Assembly (NCBI GenBank): GCA_000004695.1
Contig: CM000155.2
Coordinates: forward strand, 3,264,001-3,328,000
DNA length: 64,000 bases
DNA from: Dictyostelium discoideum
Taxonomy: Eukaryota
Direction of reading: 5' to 3'
Below, piece after piece: positions 61,690 to 64,000 of this stretch (position 1 is the stretch's first letter; each line of letters opens with the position of its first letter). A program made the translations under genes and the position numbers. Below the pieces are notes generated by a model. It ran no database searches and was not told the DNA's origin. It worked only from the letters and a program-made list of their open reading frames with translations.

Positions 61690-64000
61690 TAACGACTAAA
61701 AAGACATTTCTCTTGGCATTTTGATAATAAAAAGCCTACAGTTGATCAAACGGATACTAGATACAGAAAAACATATCCATCATCAATCTAACATCAACTA
61801 CATCTATCTACTCTACACACTAATTCCTTCAATCCTTGGATTGGGAATAAGAATAGATCTGAATAAACGAGAAAGAAAAAAAAAAAAAAAAAAAATAAAA
61901 ATAAAAATCAAAAATATTTTTATATAAACACATAATTAAAAAAAAAATAATAAAAATAATATAAAAAAAAAAAAAAAAAAAAAAAAATGAATTTTTTCGA
62001 TAAACTTAAAGGTGAACTCAACTTAGGCGAAGAAGTTAAATAAAAAAACTATTCAAATAAGGTTATTCTACCCAAATACCTTGGAATTAAATAGTAATTC
62101 AACAAAATTAATAGATAATTTCATAGTTAATGGTACTCTTAACATTGTCAGAAGACAAAAGGGTATAACAGTATTCGGTAGAATACTAAAAGAAAAATTC
62201 ACATTATTACACGAGTGTTACAGCACTTTCAAGTATGAAGATTTCCCACTGCAAAAATTCATACTTTACACCCCAGGATATCACTATGTCCACTTTTACA
62301 CATTTACAAAAAACATAATAAAAAAAATAAACAATCAAATGGTAAAAGAAAACTGGGGATTGGAGCCATTACTAATAGATGAATGCAACATAGTAATGCT
62401 ACCAGATGTGATTAGATATTCATGCATACTATTATTTAATAAAGAAGATGATATCTCAATCATTAAAACAAACATTGATGCTATAAAAGGTAGTAAGCAT
62501 CCAATAAGAGCCTTCATCTCTGAATATAACAATAAAGAAATAAGAGATGTTAGAAAAAAAAAAAACACAAGTAATAAAAACCAACAACCAACAACTACAA
62601 ATACAACTAAATCAATACCATCAACTCCACCAACAACTAATGCATCAACAACCACACCAATAACAACCACACCAATAACAACCACACAAACAACAACCAC
62701 ACCAACAACAACCACACATCAATTACCAACAAGCAATACAACAATCTACAACCTAAACAAAACTACTACTACTACTACTACTACTACAAAACCTATCAAT
62801 AAAATTACTACAAGCAATGGTACCAAGTTTCCAATTGCCAGTAGTATTAGAAAATAATGGAACAATTAAAATTATTACTATGGAACTGCAGAGGTAATCA
62901 ATCAACCAACGCTAAGAATAAAACAGAAGAAACGATAAAAAGAATTGGCACTCAATTAGCACTCCTAACTGAAACTAATTTCAATGGATTCAACCACCAC
63001 AAAACAATGTTCAACTTTGAAAGAATAGATCATGGTTCAGGTAAAGGAACTGGCATAGCAATAGAAAATAGAGATACAAGAAAAGGCCACATATCAATAA
63101 ACTTCAAAGACGATGATGGTAGAATACTATCAATTAAATACAATTCCTTTAATTCTATCAACATATTATTGATCTATGCTCCAGCGACTATATCTGAAAG
63201 AAACACCTTCATAATCAACTCAAAATCACTGTTTAAAAAATATAATTCAATCAACCATCAAATAATAGCAGGCGACTTCAATAACAACCACGATTGCAAC
63301 AGCTTCTTCGGTACTGAATTACGTAAAATAATAGACCAAGACATGCTACTAGATACTGGTATTGAAGAAAACACTCCAACATTTCCAAGATCAATGAAGA
63401 GACTAGATAGAATCTACTGTCATCCAACACTACTAAACCAAAATTCAAAACTGGTAGTCCACAACACAGTATTTAACAAATCAGATCACTTTCCCATCAC
63501 AATCACAATACAAACCAACAGAGAAACAACAACAACAACAACAACCAAACTAGAAAGACTCCCTTGGACATTATGTAAAGAAATTCTCAACAACAAACAT
63601 ATACATGATGGGTTATCAGAATTAATCAGTAAGAACAAAGATAAGATCAAATCAGTGGAGGAATGGACGAAATTTAAAAATAATGTCATCAGAGATTATT
63701 TAAAAAAAGAACAAAACAAAATAAAGAAAGAAAAGAACAAAAGAAAATACGTAATCCACAAATTACTTGGAAATAGTGATATCATTCCAAAGATGAGAAA
63801 AGAACTCAATGAAGAAATAAGTAGAATATTAGAAGAAGAAAGAAAGGTAAAAGCATGGGATATCAAATTAAAACTCCACCTGCATCAAGAAACACCAAGC
63901 AAATACCTCACAAGTATCCTTAAATCCAGAGCCAAAGATAAATCAATATTCCAAATAAAAGATAAAGATAATAAGACCATATCAGATAAAGAGAACATAG
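61690..64000 (+). mobile_element. Non-LTR (TRE3-type) retrotransposon, 5' portion: ORF1 (about 62081..62857) and the start of ORF2 (ATG 62857, AP-endonuclease domain, running off the window); begins <=100 bp downstream of tRNA-Ser in the same orientation
   Basis: ORF2 EEP endonuclease motifs are present: LLLWNCRG, ILLIYAPA, IAGDFNN, LDRIYCHP, SDHFPITI. ORF1's stop and ORF2's start overlap in ATAATGG. ORF1 has a Thr/Pro-rich tail and no in-frame ATG at its 5' end (the track start is a TTG). The exact 5' end of the element is uncertain. Confidence 0.65.

Overview
This window is AT-rich (~75-80% A+T) eukaryotic nuclear DNA with the hallmarks of Dictyostelium discoideum: homopolymer A/T intergenic tracts, (AAT)n and (CAA)n coding microsatellites giving poly-Asn and poly-Gln, and short AT-rich introns with GTAAGT/GTATGT donors and (T)nAG acceptors. 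There are no CRISPR or other prokaryotic features. The ORF track shows alternative (TTG/GTG) starts as 'M', so I re-derived real ATG starts and splice junctions by hand. I count about 30 genes on both strands. Recognisable ones, in order: a pseudokinase, a large low-complexity protein, a DYRK-family kinase (3 exons), proteasome beta-5 psmB5 (3 exons), ribosomal protein S2, proteasome regulatory subunit psmD2/Rpn1 (3 exons), an RCC1+BTB protein, a Ras-like GTPase with a degenerate P-loop but intact CaaX box, a single-chain H2B-H2A fusion histone, tRNA-Glu(UUC), a 7-exon secreted protein gene, a nudix hydrolase, a GT10 fucosyltransferase, a DUSP-UBL-USP deubiquitinase (3 exons), GARP subunit vps52 (5 exons, one probable GC-AG intron), an FNIP-repeat protein, an ML/NPC2-like domain gene, and a tandem three-copy family whose first exon is only 'ATGG'. 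Mobile DNA: two non-LTR (TRE3-type) retrotransposon copies lie immediately downstream of tRNA genes (an intron-containing tRNA-Ile(UAU) and a tRNA-Ser(UGA)) in the same relative orientation. A third ORF2 fragment abuts an assembly gap. The tRNA-Ile gene is present as an inverted identical pair 12.7 kb apart, each with an ex-B box, bracketing five genes. A GC-richer, foreign-looking segment at 51.07-51.93 kb carries a perfect 28-bp palindrome and a tandem repeat array.
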